DNA of 64,000 nucleotides from a bacterium (GTDB lineage Bacteria; Myxococcota; UBA727; JAUIJE01): NCBI GenBank assembly GCA_030431455.1, contig JAUIJE010000002.1, positions 1,294 to 65,293 of the forward strand, read 5' to 3'. Shown piece by piece: positions 46,816 to 56,306 of this stretch (position 1 is its first letter; each line of letters starts with the position of its first letter). The notes under the pieces were generated by a model. It saw only the letters and a program-made list of their open reading frames with translations, ran no database searches and was not told where the DNA came from. The position numbers and the translations under genes were made by a program.

Positions 46816-46880
46816 GCGCGCGGCGCGCCTCGGCGACGACCACACAAAGGGGGCGAACAGGCGGGTGAGGGCGCCGAAGA

Positions 46881-49307
46881 TCAGAGACACGCGCGCACGC
46901 CCCCCGGCCAATCGCGGCAGGTGCCCACGTCGCAGTCCGCGTCCTGCCGACACGTGCGCACACATTGGCGGTGGCCCCCGGCGAGGACTTCACCGGCCAC
47001 GCAGCGCGGCCGCGGGCCCTGCATCTCCCCGGCCGAGCACCGCACGCCGTCGTAACCGAACTCGAGTTCCTCGAGGTCGGCCGGGGCCCGGCGCTGCTGG
47101 ACCGGCGGGGGCACCCCGTGCCCGGGCCCGGGCGCGTTCGCCTCCGGTTGCCCCACGAGCGCGAGGAGGCCTTGGCCGCGCAGGCGCGCCGGGGTCGTCG
47201 ACCCACAGCGCGGGTTGACCCCGGCCACGAGGTCGTCACACCAGGCCTGCACCTCGGTGCGGTCGGACCGGCCGCGCCCCGTCCCGTCGAGCACCCGCCG
47301 CCGGAAGGCTTGGCACGATTTTTTGGCCGGGGCGTAATCGGCCGCGGGCGGTGGCCCGGACCGTCGCACCAAGGCCGCGACCTCCCCGGTGACCTGCCCG
47401 TCAGGACCGGCCCACAGCCTGAGGTCGCGATGGCCGCGGCGGCTCTGGACACGCAGTGACATTTTCTCGCCGGGGAGCAGGGCGGCCACGAGGTTGCCGG
47501 TGCGTTTGGACACGTAGCGCAACACCTCGTGGCGGTCGGCGGCGGTCACCTCGACGTCGAGGATGCGGTCGCCGGGATGCGCCGCGCAGTTGATGCGCAC
47601 CCACTCGTCGATCTGCCAGGTGCCGCACCGGGCCTTGCTCGATCCGGTGACGATGATCTCGGGCTCTTGCAGCCACTCGTCGAGGGTGGGCACCGCGGTG
47701 CGGCCCGCGGGCAGGCGCCAGGGGGCGGGGATCGGCGCGGGCACCCGCGTGGTGAGGGTCTCGGCCAAAGCCGCGGCGAAGGCGGCGTGGCCCTTTGGGG
47801 TCAGGTGCAGGTCGCCATGCAAAAACGCCCCCGGCTCGGCCGCCGAGAGCGCCGCGGTGGGGTCGAGCCCGCGGGCCCCGGCCAGGGCGGCGGCGGCGAG
47901 CACGTCGTCGCGCAGGGTTTTGGTCGCGCTCATGTCCACCGGGTCCGCGCCATATTTTTTGAACTCCGCGGGCGAGACCTGCACGTCGAGGGGCAAGGCC
48001 ACCACGGTGAGGGCCGCGCCCCGGGCGGCGGCGATGGCCCGGGCCTGGCGCACCTGGGGCAACACCGGGCTCTCGGGCACGCCGGGGGGCAAAGGGCGGG
48101 CCCAGATTTTGCGGTTTTGGCGGCGCACGTCCCGGGCCGCGGCCACCGCCTCGACGTAGGCCTTCCGGCGGGCGTCCCGGCGCGAGCGCCAGGTGCGGGC
48201 CAGACGTTGGCGCAGCGCGACCCCGCGGCGGATCTCTTGGGCTGTCAATGTCACTGCACGAGCAGACTCGGCGAAGTATTGCCGCACGATGTCGCCGGGC
48301 CCCTTGTACGACCGCCGCAGCGCCTCCATCGCGTCGACGTCCGCGTCGTCGAGCGCACCGATGTCGGACGCGATCTCGTCGTAGGCCTGGTCCATGGCTT
48401 GTACCGCGTGGTTCTCGGCCGTGCGCACCGCGGTCTCGGCCTCGCGGCGGGCCTCGGTGGACTGGGCGTAGACCGCGTGGGCCTTTTGTTGGGCCGCGGT
48501 CCGGTCGGTGCCGGTGCTGACCAAGTCGCGGTAGGTGCCCTCGGACGCCACCTGCGCGGGCGCGTCCTCGTCGTGCCACCAGCGGCGCAGGGCATAGACC
48601 GCGTGGGACTCCTGAAACAGCCAACGACGAAACGGGAACCACACAGGATCGTCCGGCTTGGTCTCGGCGCGCACCGCCCACCCGTCCCACTCCGCGTGGC
48701 GGTCCCGGTTGGGCCGCCCCGCCTCGAACAGGTCGTTGGCCATGTTGATCACCATGACCACGTCGGTGACGGTGCGGCCGGCGGTGAGCTCATCGATGAC
48801 GGCCACATATTCGTCCGGCCCGTAGGTGGGCACGCCCCCGTTGAGCACGGGCCGGCCGGTGAGCGTGGACAGCTGCGCGGCGAAGGTGTCGGCCTCGTCG
48901 ACCCCGAGCCCGAACACTTGGCTGTCCCCGACGACGAGGATCTCGTGGGGCCGGGGCGGCGGAAACGTCTCGCCCCGGTACCCGCGGGGGTTGATCACGA
49001 TGTCGGACACGGGATTGTCGTGCAGGGCAAAACGCTGCGTGCCCCCGGGGGCCAAGCGCACCCCCAGCGCGTCGTCGGCGACGTATTGGTTGACGTGGGG
49101 GAACGCCCCCTGGTCCCGCCACCAAAACGCGCCCTCCGCGAGCACCAACGCCACCGCCACGCCGCACACGGGGGCCAGCACCTTCGCCCAGGCACGCCGC
49201 GCGCGAACAGGAACAGCGTCGTCGACCACCGCCCGGTCGGACACCGCCCCGGGGGGTTCGGTTCCTGCGCCCTCCCGGGGCTGACCGTGCGCGTCACCGC
49301 TCGTCAT
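46881..49307 (-). CDS. membrane-anchored SGNH/GDSL hydrolase-like protein with C-terminal Cys-rich domain
   Basis: An N-terminal TM segment (WAKVLAPVCGVAVALVLAEGAFWW) is present. SGNH block I is ILVVGDSQVFG. A long linker follows. The C-terminal 150 aa are Cys-rich (CGTWQIDEWVRINCAAHPGD...CDVGTCRDWPGGVRAC). Confidence 0.6.
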   Translation of the reverse strand: MTSGDAHGQPREGAGTEPPGAVSDRAVVDDAVPVRARRAWAKVLAPVCGVAVALVLAEGAFWWRDQGAFPHVNQYVADDALGVRLAPGGTQRFALHDNPVSDIVINPRGYRGETFPPPRPHEILVVGDSQVFGLGVDEADTFAAQLSTLTGRPVLNGGVPTYGPDEYVAVIDELTAGRTVTDVVMVINMANDLFEAGRPNRDRHAEWDGWAVRAETKPDDPVWFPFRRWLFQESHAVYALRRWWHDEDAPAQVASEGTYRDLVSTGTDRTAAQQKAHAVYAQSTEARREAETAVRTAENHAVQAMDQAYDEIASDIGALDDADVDAMEALRRSYKGPGDIVRQYFAESARAVTLTAQEIRRGVALRQRLARTWRSRRDARRKAYVEAVAAARDVRRQNRKIWARPLPPGVPESPVLPQVRQARAIAAARGAALTVVALPLDVQVSPAEFKKYGADPVDMSATKTLRDDVLAAAALAGARGLDPTAALSAAEPGAFLHGDLHLTPKGHAAFAAALAETLTTRVPAPIPAPWRLPAGRTAVPTLDEWLQEPEIIVTGSSKARCGTWQIDEWVRINCAAHPGDRILDVEVTAADRHEVLRYVSKRTGNLVAALLPGEKMSLRVQSRRGHRDLRLWAGPDGQVTGEVAALVRRSGPPPAADYAPAKKSCQAFRRRVLDGTGRGRSDRTEVQAWCDDLVAGVNPRCGSTTPARLRGQGLLALVGQPEANAPGPGHGVPPPVQQRRAPADLEELEFGYDGVRCSAGEMQGPRPRCVAGEVLAGGHRQCVRTCRQDADCDVGTCRDWPGGVRACL

Positions 49308-49401
49308 CCTGAGAGGATACCCGGCCTGGGCGGTCTGTGTGCTCGGCCGTCACACCCCCGCCGGTCTTTTCCCCGCGCCGAAAATCGGCCATGGTGCGCG
49401 C

Positions 49402-50790
49402 ATGTTTCCCCCCGTCGAGAAGTCCAACGCCCCCCAAAAACGCCGCGAAAAACTCCGCCGGGCCCTCGGTGACCTCCCGGCTCTGATCCCCGCCGGCGCC
49501 CCCCGGGGGCGCAACTACGCGGGCAACCCCTACCCCTTCCGCGCGTCGTCCCACTTCATCTATTTCCTCGGCGACCTCGGCGCCCATTTGCCCCGAAGCT
49601 GGCTGCTGCTCGACGAGGACGGGGACACGTTGTTCACCCCCGCCCCCTCCGCCGACGACGCCTTGTGGCACGGGCCCACCCCCTCGCTGGCCGCGCTGTC
49701 CGAGCTCGGCAACGTGACCACCCGCGACGTGGCCGAACTCGACGCGGTGGTCCGCGATCGGCGCATCGCCACCCTGCCCGCCCCCGACGGCGCCACCCGC
49801 ATGCACCAGCGCCAGCTGCTCGGCCGCATCCCCGACGTACAAAAGGGGGACGACCTCGTGCTCGTCGACGCGGTCATCAGCCTGCGGCTCTTTCACGACG
49901 ACCACGCCGTGGCCGGTCTCGAACAGGCCGCCGCCGCCACCGCCGCCGCCCACCGCGCGGGCATGGCCGCCACCGCCCCCGGCCGCCACGAATGGCACGT
50001 CCGCGCCGCGATGGAGCAAGCCCTGATGGCCCGCGGGATGGGCACCGCCTACCCGTCCATCGTCACCGTGCACGGCGAGGTCCTGCACAACAACGCCTAC
50101 CACCACCCGCTCGAGGCCCAGGACCTGTTGCTCGCCGACGTGGGCGCCGAGACCGCGGGGGGCTGGGCCGGCGATGTCACCCGCACCTGGCCGGTGTCGG
50201 GCACGTTCTCGCCCACCCAGCGCGACATCTACAACGTGGTCCTGCAGGCCCAAAAGCGCACCATCGAGGCCATCCGCCCCATGGTGCGGTACCGCGACCT
50301 GCACCTCAAAGCTGCAGAAACATTGGCGGCGGGCCTGGTCAACCTCGGCATCCTCCTCGGCGACCCCGCCGAGCTGGTGGCCGACGACGTGCACGCGATG
50401 TTCTTCCCCCACGGGGTCGGCCACCTCATCGGTCTCGATGTGCACGACATGGAAGACCTCGGCGATCGGGCCGGCTACCAAAAAGGCCGCCGCCGGGACG
50501 CGCGGTTCGGCCTGTCCTTTTTGCGCTTGGACCGCGACCTGTTGCCGGGCATGGCGGTGACCATCGAGCCCGGCTTTTACAATGTGCCTGCGCTCTTGGA
50601 AGACGAGACCCGCCGGGCCGCGGTCAAAGACCGGGTCAACTGGGACAAGCTGGCCCAGTTTGCCGACGTGCGCGGCATCCGCATCGAGGACGACGTCCTG
50701 CTCGAGCCCGGCGGCCCCCGGGTGCTCACCGCGGACATCCCCAAAGAGATCCCCGACGTCGAAGCGGCGGTGAACACCGGCGCGCCCTGA
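49402..50790 (+). CDS. pepP: Xaa-Pro aminopeptidase (M24B family)
   Basis: AMP_N and M24 pita-bread domains are present. Metal ligands lie in DVGAETAGGWAGDVTRTW, HGVGHLIGLDVHD and IEPGFY. Confidence 0.85.
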   Translation: MFPPVEKSNAPQKRREKLRRALGDLPALIPAGAPRGRNYAGNPYPFRASSHFIYFLGDLGAHLPRSWLLLDEDGDTLFTPAPSADDALWHGPTPSLAALSELGNVTTRDVAELDAVVRDRRIATLPAPDGATRMHQRQLLGRIPDVQKGDDLVLVDAVISLRLFHDDHAVAGLEQAAAATAAAHRAGMAATAPGRHEWHVRAAMEQALMARGMGTAYPSIVTVHGEVLHNNAYHHPLEAQDLLLADVGAETAGGWAGDVTRTWPVSGTFSPTQRDIYNVVLQAQKRTIEAIRPMVRYRDLHLKAAETLAAGLVNLGILLGDPAELVADDVHAMFFPHGVGHLIGLDVHDMEDLGDRAGYQKGRRRDARFGLSFLRLDRDLLPGMAVTIEPGFYNVPALLEDETRRAAVKDRVNWDKLAQFADVRGIRIEDDVLLEPGGPRVLTADIPKEIPDVEAAVNTGAP

Positions 50791-50811
50791 GCCCCTCCCC
50801 CTGGAGCCCCC

Positions 50812-51060
50812 ATGACCAAGCCTTGGATCGCCGGACTTGCCCTCGGTCTCGCCACCCTGACCGCCCTCGCCGCGGGGTTGGTGCACACCCCCGCCCAAGC
50901 CGACAAGGCCCCGCAGGTGGAGTGCGACGAGATCAACCTCGACGCGGGGGCGATGCAGACCGCGTTGGACGCGCGGGTCAAAGCCGGTTGGAAGGTGGTC
51001 TCGAGCCTGAGCCGGCCCGCGGGCATGCGGGTCAAGGCCATCGTCTGTTACCGACGCTGA
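50812..51060 (+). CDS. small secreted protein, hypothetical
   Basis: The 82-aa product begins MTKPWIAGLALGLATLTALAAGLVHTPAQA, a signal peptide, with GGAG before the ATG. Confidence 0.4.
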   Translation: MTKPWIAGLALGLATLTALAAGLVHTPAQADKAPQVECDEINLDAGAMQTALDARVKAGWKVVSSLSRPAGMRVKAIVCYRR

Positions 51061-51072
51061 CCCCGCGTGCGG

Positions 51073-52500
51073 TCAGCTGTCGAAGCCGACCGCGCTTTTG
51101 ATGATGAACTGCTGCTGGGGCACGCTCACCCAGAAGCTGTCGTCGGTGTCCCCCGCGACCAAGCCGCTGGGAAAGTCGATGGGCCCGCTGAAGGTGCGGC
51201 GGTAGGCGAGGTTGTTGGGGATGGGGTTCTGGTCGTCGAACGACGCATCGATGCGCCACACGCGGTAGCTGGTGGGCAACGCCAAGAACACGTAGTCGCC
51301 GCTCGCCGACGGGGTCAGCAGCAGGCGCGCGTTGGCCGGGGGGTTGTTGCTGAAGAACAACGCGTCCCCTTCGTACGGCGCCTCGTTGACCTGGACCGCG
51401 GTGGCCGGGCTGCTGCCATCGTATTGGAAAAAGCGCAGGTTGCCGGTGCTCGGCTCGATGGTCATGATGTTGCCGCGCCCCGGTGCATTGCCATTGTCGA
51501 CGGGGATGTCGCCCACCGGGACCACCGCGAAGGTGGCGTCGGGGAGCGCCATCGGGGACAGCTGTTGTTGGTTGCCGGACAGCACCCACTCGGTGGTGCC
51601 GGTCTGGCGGAAGATCGGCACCAACCGCGGGGGGGACCCCCGGTCAAACACCAGCACGGTCTCGCCCTGGGCGGTGGCCTCGAGCTCCCAGACCTGGGTG
51701 ATGGCGGAGAACTGCACGTCCGGTGCAAAGCTGTCGATGAACCGGTCATTGAGGGGTTGGTCGACGCCAGGCAGGATTTGGTACGAGATCATCGAGGCCG
51801 CGCCCCGGCGGAAATACAGGCGGCGCTCGACGTCGATCATGTTGTTCTCGATGCTGAGGGGTGTGACCCGCGCCCCCAATGTGTAGGCAATGCTCCCGGT
51901 GTCCAAGAACGCTTGGTTGAGGTTGCCTTGGTAGGCGATGCGCAGGGCGGGCCCGGTGTTGCACGCGATCCAGGTCTCGCTGTTGGTGAGGTTGGGTTCG
52001 AAGTAGATGTTGTCCACGTTGCAGGCGTCCACCTGCTGGCCCCCGTTGGAGGTCATGGAGCGGAAGTCAAACGCAATGTCATTGTTGGTGTTCAAGGTGC
52101 TGGGGGGGTTGCTGCTCGAGAACCGGGCCAGGTGGTCGAACGACCCCGGCACATAGATCGCGGCGAGGATGCTCCCCGGGTTCTGTGGGTCGGGGGCGAT
52201 CCAAGAGACCTCGTAGGAGGTCTGGATTTGCTCGAGGATGAAGTCGCCGTCCCCATCGCCGTCCCCATCCCCGTCGCCATCCCCGTCGCCGTCCCCGTCC
52301 CCGTCGCCGTCCCCGTCGCCGTCCCCGTCGCCGTCGCCGTCCCCGCCGAGGTCCACGCAGGTCCCGTCCTCGTTGCAGTACTGCCCGGTGGGGCAGTCGT
52401 TGTAGTAGGCGCACTCCTGGCTGCACGACGCGCCCTGCAGCATGAGGGCGAGCAACAACAGAGCCGCCGCGGACAATGCGACAGTCAAGCGATGGGGCAT
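51073..52500 (-). CDS. lipoprotein with (Gly-Asp)n tract and large beta-rich C-terminal domain
   Basis: The start ATG at 52500 gives MPHRLTVALSAAALLLLALMLQGASC, which carries a lipobox. CSQECAYYNDCPTGQYCNEDGTCVDLGG follows, then about 17 GD units, then a 370-aa domain. Confidence 0.75.
   Translation of the reverse strand: MPHRLTVALSAAALLLLALMLQGASCSQECAYYNDCPTGQYCNEDGTCVDLGGDGDGDGDGDGDGDGDGDGDGDGDGDGDGDGDGDFILEQIQTSYEVSWIAPDPQNPGSILAAIYVPGSFDHLARFSSSNPPSTLNTNNDIAFDFRSMTSNGGQQVDACNVDNIYFEPNLTNSETWIACNTGPALRIAYQGNLNQAFLDTGSIAYTLGARVTPLSIENNMIDVERRLYFRRGAASMISYQILPGVDQPLNDRFIDSFAPDVQFSAITQVWELEATAQGETVLVFDRGSPPRLVPIFRQTGTTEWVLSGNQQQLSPMALPDATFAVVPVGDIPVDNGNAPGRGNIMTIEPSTGNLRFFQYDGSSPATAVQVNEAPYEGDALFFSNNPPANARLLLTPSASGDYVFLALPTSYRVWRIDASFDDQNPIPNNLAYRRTFSGPIDFPSGLVAGDTDDSFWVSVPQQQFIIKSAVGFDS
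52243..52346 (-). repeat. coding GAYGGN repeat encoding poly(Gly-Asp)
   Basis: Direct inspection of the sequence. Confidence 0.85.
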
Positions 52501-52526
52501 GGCGACTCCTTGCGTTCGGGCGTGGC

Positions 52527-53036
52527 CTATTGGGAGACGCAAGACAAACGGTCGACGCATTTGTCTTCGGGCGTCGTGCACGTGATGTTGGGCGACTCAG
52601 GGTAGTTGGGCAGCGTGGCGAGGGTGATCACCACCGGCTCGGTGTTGTCCCCGTAGATGTCGGCCACGCGGCAGCCCCGCATCAGGGCCAAGCCGGCGGC
52701 GTCATTGACCGTCACCGCCATCACCAGGCGGCCCTGGGGCACGTTCTCGGTGGCCAGCCCGTCGAAGAACGCGCACACGTCGGTCGATCCGCTCGACGCC
52801 AATGTTTGTTGATTGGCCGGGAGCGCGACCGACAGGTTGCGGCAGATCTCGTCGGGGTCTTCGCTGCCGTCGTACACGTCGAGCGACGCGGTCGCAGACA
52901 GGAAAAAGGTCTCCAGCGAGGGGAACAGCAACGTGTACGACACGTCCACCGCCCCGCCGCAGCCCGCGGTCCCGCACAGGGCGAGGACAGGCAAAAAGCG
53001 CACACATCGACGAACACAGCCATGGGCCCAACGCAT
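52527..53036 (-). CDS. Cys-rich lipoprotein, hypothetical
   Basis: The internal ATG at 53036 gives MRWAHGCVRRCVRFLPVLALCGTAGC, which carries a lipobox. The mature part is about 145 aa with 8 Cys. The longer ORF extension overlaps neighbouring genes. Confidence 0.45.
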   Translation of the reverse strand: MRWAHGCVRRCVRFLPVLALCGTAGCGGAVDVSYTLLFPSLETFFLSATASLDVYDGSEDPDEICRNLSVALPANQQTLASSGSTDVCAFFDGLATENVPQGRLVMAVTVNDAAGLALMRGCRVADIYGDNTEPVVITLATLPNYPESPNITCTTPEDKCVDRLSCVSQ

Positions 53037-53196
53037 ACAGGTTTTGTACCACCGATGCGGGCCCACAGCGAAATCCCTCCTCGTCCCCGGCCCCGGCCTG
53101 GGCTGCGCGGTCTGCGCACCCTGACCGCGCCGGTTGCGCAACCCTCGTGCGGGCGGCCCACGGCCATGGTAGGCCTGGGCACCCAGGAGGTTGTCC

Positions 53197-53652
53197 ATGC
53201 CGCAGGTTCCCCCGCTCCCCTTCGACGCGCCCCCGCAGTTTGAGCTCAGCGAGGTCATGGTCTCGTTCCGCGGCCCCGACACCGCCGGGCTCAAGGAGCC
53301 GCGCGCGATGCAGCGCCAGTTCCCCATCCGGCCCAACCTCATCATGCACCGGCGCCCCGCCCCCGACGCCAACCTCGAGATGCTCACCGCCGAGATGTGC
53401 GCCGAGCTGCTCACCACCATCGACGGGATCAAAGATCTCTCCACCGAGGCGCTCACCTTCGCCGATGGCGCCGAGGGTTCCCTGGTGTCGTTCGATTTCC
53501 CCGCCGGCAAGGCCATGACCGTGCGCCAATACCAAGCCGTGCGCGTCGACGAGGGCCAGCTCTCGACGCTGACCCTGACCCTCGACAGCAGCACCCTGAA
53601 CGAGACCAGCTGGGCCACCTACCAAAAGACCCTCGCGTCCCTCGGGGCCTGA
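53197..53652 (+). CDS. hypothetical protein (DcrB/DUF1795-like?)
   Basis: GGAGG lies 6 nt before the ATG at 53197. The 151-aa product shows a weak resemblance to the DUF1795 beta-sandwich family. This assignment is not verified. Confidence 0.45.
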   Translation: MPQVPPLPFDAPPQFELSEVMVSFRGPDTAGLKEPRAMQRQFPIRPNLIMHRRPAPDANLEMLTAEMCAELLTTIDGIKDLSTEALTFADGAEGSLVSFDFPAGKAMTVRQYQAVRVDEGQLSTLTLTLDSSTLNETSWATYQKTLASLGA

Positions 53653-53707
53653 GCCACGCCAAAAGCCGCCGCCCCCCGATAGACTGGGCCTACCCCAGGA
53701 GCGCGCC

Positions 53708-54577
53708 ATGACCTCGATCCGCCCCAACACCTTCTCCGTCCCCCAACCCCGCGACCACATGGTCGAAAAGTTCGGCGGGAACGAAAAGGCGAGCGGCCTG
53801 CCCTGCCCGATGCTCTCGACGCTGGTCAACGAAGACCTGCTCGTCCCCAACGAAAATGGCGAGGTCACCCTCGACCAGATCAAGCAGGCGCTGTCCGCGG
53901 TCGGCATCAGCCGCATGGGCCAGGCGCTGCTCGCCCACGGCGGGGCCAAAGCCACCGAGTCGCTGGAGCGCGGCGTCATCGAGCTGCTGTCCCTCCAGGG
54001 CAGCAACCTCGACCACAAAGGCAGCCTCGGGCCCCTCCAAGACGGCGGCTTCAACGAAGGTTTCCTCGACCAGCTCAAGTCCTTCTCGTCCGACGGCAAG
54101 ACCCTGACCCTCGACGACCTCGCCGCGGCCCAGGCCACCCGCCTCGAAGGCGACGGCGCGTCGGTGCGCGGCAAGCTGCTCGGCTACGCGGAGATCTCCG
54201 CGCTGTTTTTGGTGCTCGGCCGGCCCAACCAAGACGGGGTCAAGGCGATCACCCTCACCGACGTCGACCGCATCTTCCGCGACAACAAGCTGCCCGAGGG
54301 CTTCGAGCCCGAGAGCGTCAACCTCGTGGCCGTCGCCTGGAACGCCCTCAAGCTCGCCTGGAAACAAAACCTCGGCGCCGCGGGCGCGCGGGCTGCAAAA
54401 GGCCTGCGCGACGCCCTCGAGGAGCCCGCCCCCATCGACACCACCTCGATGATGGGCCTCGGCGCGATGTGCCCCGCGGGCATGCGGCCCAAGCAGGGCG
54501 ACGGCGCGACCCCCGGCGACGTGCAGCGCCTCCACCAGAACCTGCAAAACGCGCAGGGCCTGCAGCCCGCGACCTGA
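53708..54577 (+). CDS. hypothetical protein
   Basis: AGGAG precedes the ATG. The 289-aa product has a GLPCPMLSTLVNEDLL motif near the N-terminus. No confident family assignment could be made. Confidence 0.5.
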   Translation: MTSIRPNTFSVPQPRDHMVEKFGGNEKASGLPCPMLSTLVNEDLLVPNENGEVTLDQIKQALSAVGISRMGQALLAHGGAKATESLERGVIELLSLQGSNLDHKGSLGPLQDGGFNEGFLDQLKSFSSDGKTLTLDDLAAAQATRLEGDGASVRGKLLGYAEISALFLVLGRPNQDGVKAITLTDVDRIFRDNKLPEGFEPESVNLVAVAWNALKLAWKQNLGAAGARAAKGLRDALEEPAPIDTTSMMGLGAMCPAGMRPKQGDGATPGDVQRLHQNLQNAQGLQPAT

Positions 54578-54603
54578 ACGCGGACCGGGGCCGGCCGGAC
54601 CGC

Positions 54604-55047
54604 TCAGGTCAGGCCGCGCTTGAGCTTCACGTCGGGCTGTTTTTCTTCGGCCACGGGGGGATGGACCTTGCCGTCCCCGCCCACGGTGCGAATCGCGGCG
54701 ATCTTCTCCGCGGTCTCCTCGTAGCCCCCGTCGGCCGACGACAGCACGCTGCGCCCCCACGACGTAAACTCCGCCATGAGGGTCGGGTTGAGCGGGTGCT
54801 CGCGGAAGTAGCCGCGCACGATCTCGACCATCTCTTCGGGGGTCGGCTCCTCGGTGAGGCCGAGGTCGCCAAAGAACGAGTGCACCGAGCCTTGCAACTC
54901 CGGGGTCACCGGCAGGCGCATCTCGAAGATGGCGGCGACGATGAAGTCCCGCACCTCCTGCTTCGAGTACACGTACTCGCCGTTTTTGTCCTTGGCCACG
55001 AGGATGGCCTTGATGCGTTCGGCGACGGCGTCGTTGTCTTGGGTCAT
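54604..55047 (-). CDS. hypothetical acidic protein
   Basis: The start ATG at 55047 gives MTQDNDAVAERIKAIL.... The product is 147 aa. It is the last gene of a three-gene string on the minus strand. Confidence 0.45.
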   Translation of the reverse strand: MTQDNDAVAERIKAILVAKDKNGEYVYSKQEVRDFIVAAIFEMRLPVTPELQGSVHSFFGDLGLTEEPTPEEMVEIVRGYFREHPLNPTLMAEFTSWGRSVLSSADGGYEETAEKIAAIRTVGGDGKVHPPVAEEKQPDVKLKRGLT

Positions 55048-55153
55048 GGGCTCATCCTGTTCTGCAAACGCGGCGCGGTCATGCAAAAAGAGCGTCCGGC
55101 ACGACAAAGCCCCGCACGAGGGCGGGGCTGTGTGCGACCGATGGGGTCGGGGC

Positions 55154-55408
55154 TCAGAGGCCGCGCTCTTGCGCGGCGCCGCCGAGGCCTTGGAGAAGCT
55201 GCTGGGGATTGAACAGCTGGGAGAGCATGCCGAACGGGCCGCCTTGCGCGCCGCCGCCGCCGGTCAACCCTTGCATGAGCTGCTGGGGAAGCTGCATGAG
55301 CTTCTCCATCATCTTCATGGGGTTGAACATCTCGAAGAGCTTGCCGATGCCGCCCAGGCCACCGATTCCACCGCTGCTGCCACCGCCACCAAGCAAACCA
55401 CCGAGCAT
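55154..55408 (-). CDS. small Gly/Gln/Leu-rich low-complexity protein
   Basis: AGGAG lies 12 nt upstream of the ATG at 55408. The 84-aa product is MLGGLLGGGGSSGGIGGLGGIGKLFEMFNPMKMMEKLMQLPQQLMQGL.... Confidence 0.5.
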   Translation of the reverse strand: MLGGLLGGGGSSGGIGGLGGIGKLFEMFNPMKMMEKLMQLPQQLMQGLTGGGGAQGGPFGMLSQLFNPQQLLQGLGGAAQERGL

Positions 55409-55572
55409 GTTTTTTCTCCTGCGTGAGTGTGATGCCCGGCCCCGGCCGGACCCAGAGTGTTTCGCCGCTGGGGGTCGGCGGGTGTGTGGATCAAGTTGTG
55501 CGTGCCTCACATGTCACTGCAATGTAGGTGCTCCCTATTCATTGTAGGTGCGGCGTCCACCCGAACCTACAA

Positions 55573-56172
55573 TCAACGCGTGCTGGCGCCCCGGCGGCAT
55601 TTGGTGGCCAAGGTGTCGAGGCTCTTGCGCGTCGCCCCCACCGCTTTCCAGGTGCCGAACAAATCCGCCGGGCCTTTCGGCGCCCGCTCGAACAGCGCCA
55701 CCACCGTCACGTCGGTGCCTTGGCAGGTGCCGTGGATCTCGACCATCTTTTCCCCTTTGGGCCCGTCGACGATCTTGCCCAAGCCGTCCACGCCCTCTTT
55801 GGGCTGAAACTCGCCGATCATCTCGAAGGCCTTGCCCTCGGCGATGGTGGCTCGCAGCTCGTCGACCATGCCCTTTTCGACATCCTTGCCGATGCCCGCG
55901 CGCAGAAGGTCGCCCATCGCCTTGGCCAGCCCGGCCCCGAGGTCGCCCCCCGCCGCCTTGGCCCCGTCCTCGGTCACCGCCTGGGCATAGTCGAGGGTGG
56001 TCTGGGCGAGCCGCTCAAAATCCGCGTGCCGTTCGACCCGCTCCACGTCGGCCGCGGCCACGCCGTCCCGCAGCTCCATCAGCGCGTAGTAGATGCTCTG
56101 CTGAAACCACAACAAGCCCCCGGCGGCCAAGACCGCCAGCAACACCACAAACCGGATCAGCTTCTTGAACAC
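55573..56172 (-). CDS. membrane-anchored hypothetical protein
   Basis: An N-terminal TM segment (FKKLIRFVVLLAVLAAGGLLWF) is followed by a soluble domain. The start is assigned to the GTG at 56172. Confidence 0.45.
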   Translation of the reverse strand: MFKKLIRFVVLLAVLAAGGLLWFQQSIYYALMELRDGVAAADVERVERHADFERLAQTTLDYAQAVTEDGAKAAGGDLGAGLAKAMGDLLRAGIGKDVEKGMVDELRATIAEGKAFEMIGEFQPKEGVDGLGKIVDGPKGEKMVEIHGTCQGTDVTVVALFERAPKGPADLFGTWKAVGATRKSLDTLATKCRRGASTR

Positions 56173-56306
56173 GCGGCACCTCGTTGGCGGCCTCTGCGCC
56201 GCCGCAGCTGTATACGACGACAACAGAACCGGGTGTAGTCATTCCCCGCACACCGTCGAGACAGGTGATCTGCCCGGCTTTCGCCGGAACAACGCGGCGG
56301 TGTCTA

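Noticed and set aside
53708..54577. Heme-thiolate (chloroperoxidase-like) peroxidase suggested by a PCP motif (GLPCPMLSTLVNEDLL)
   Set aside because: The obligatory EHD-type distal motif is absent and there is no further similarity, so the product is left as hypothetical.
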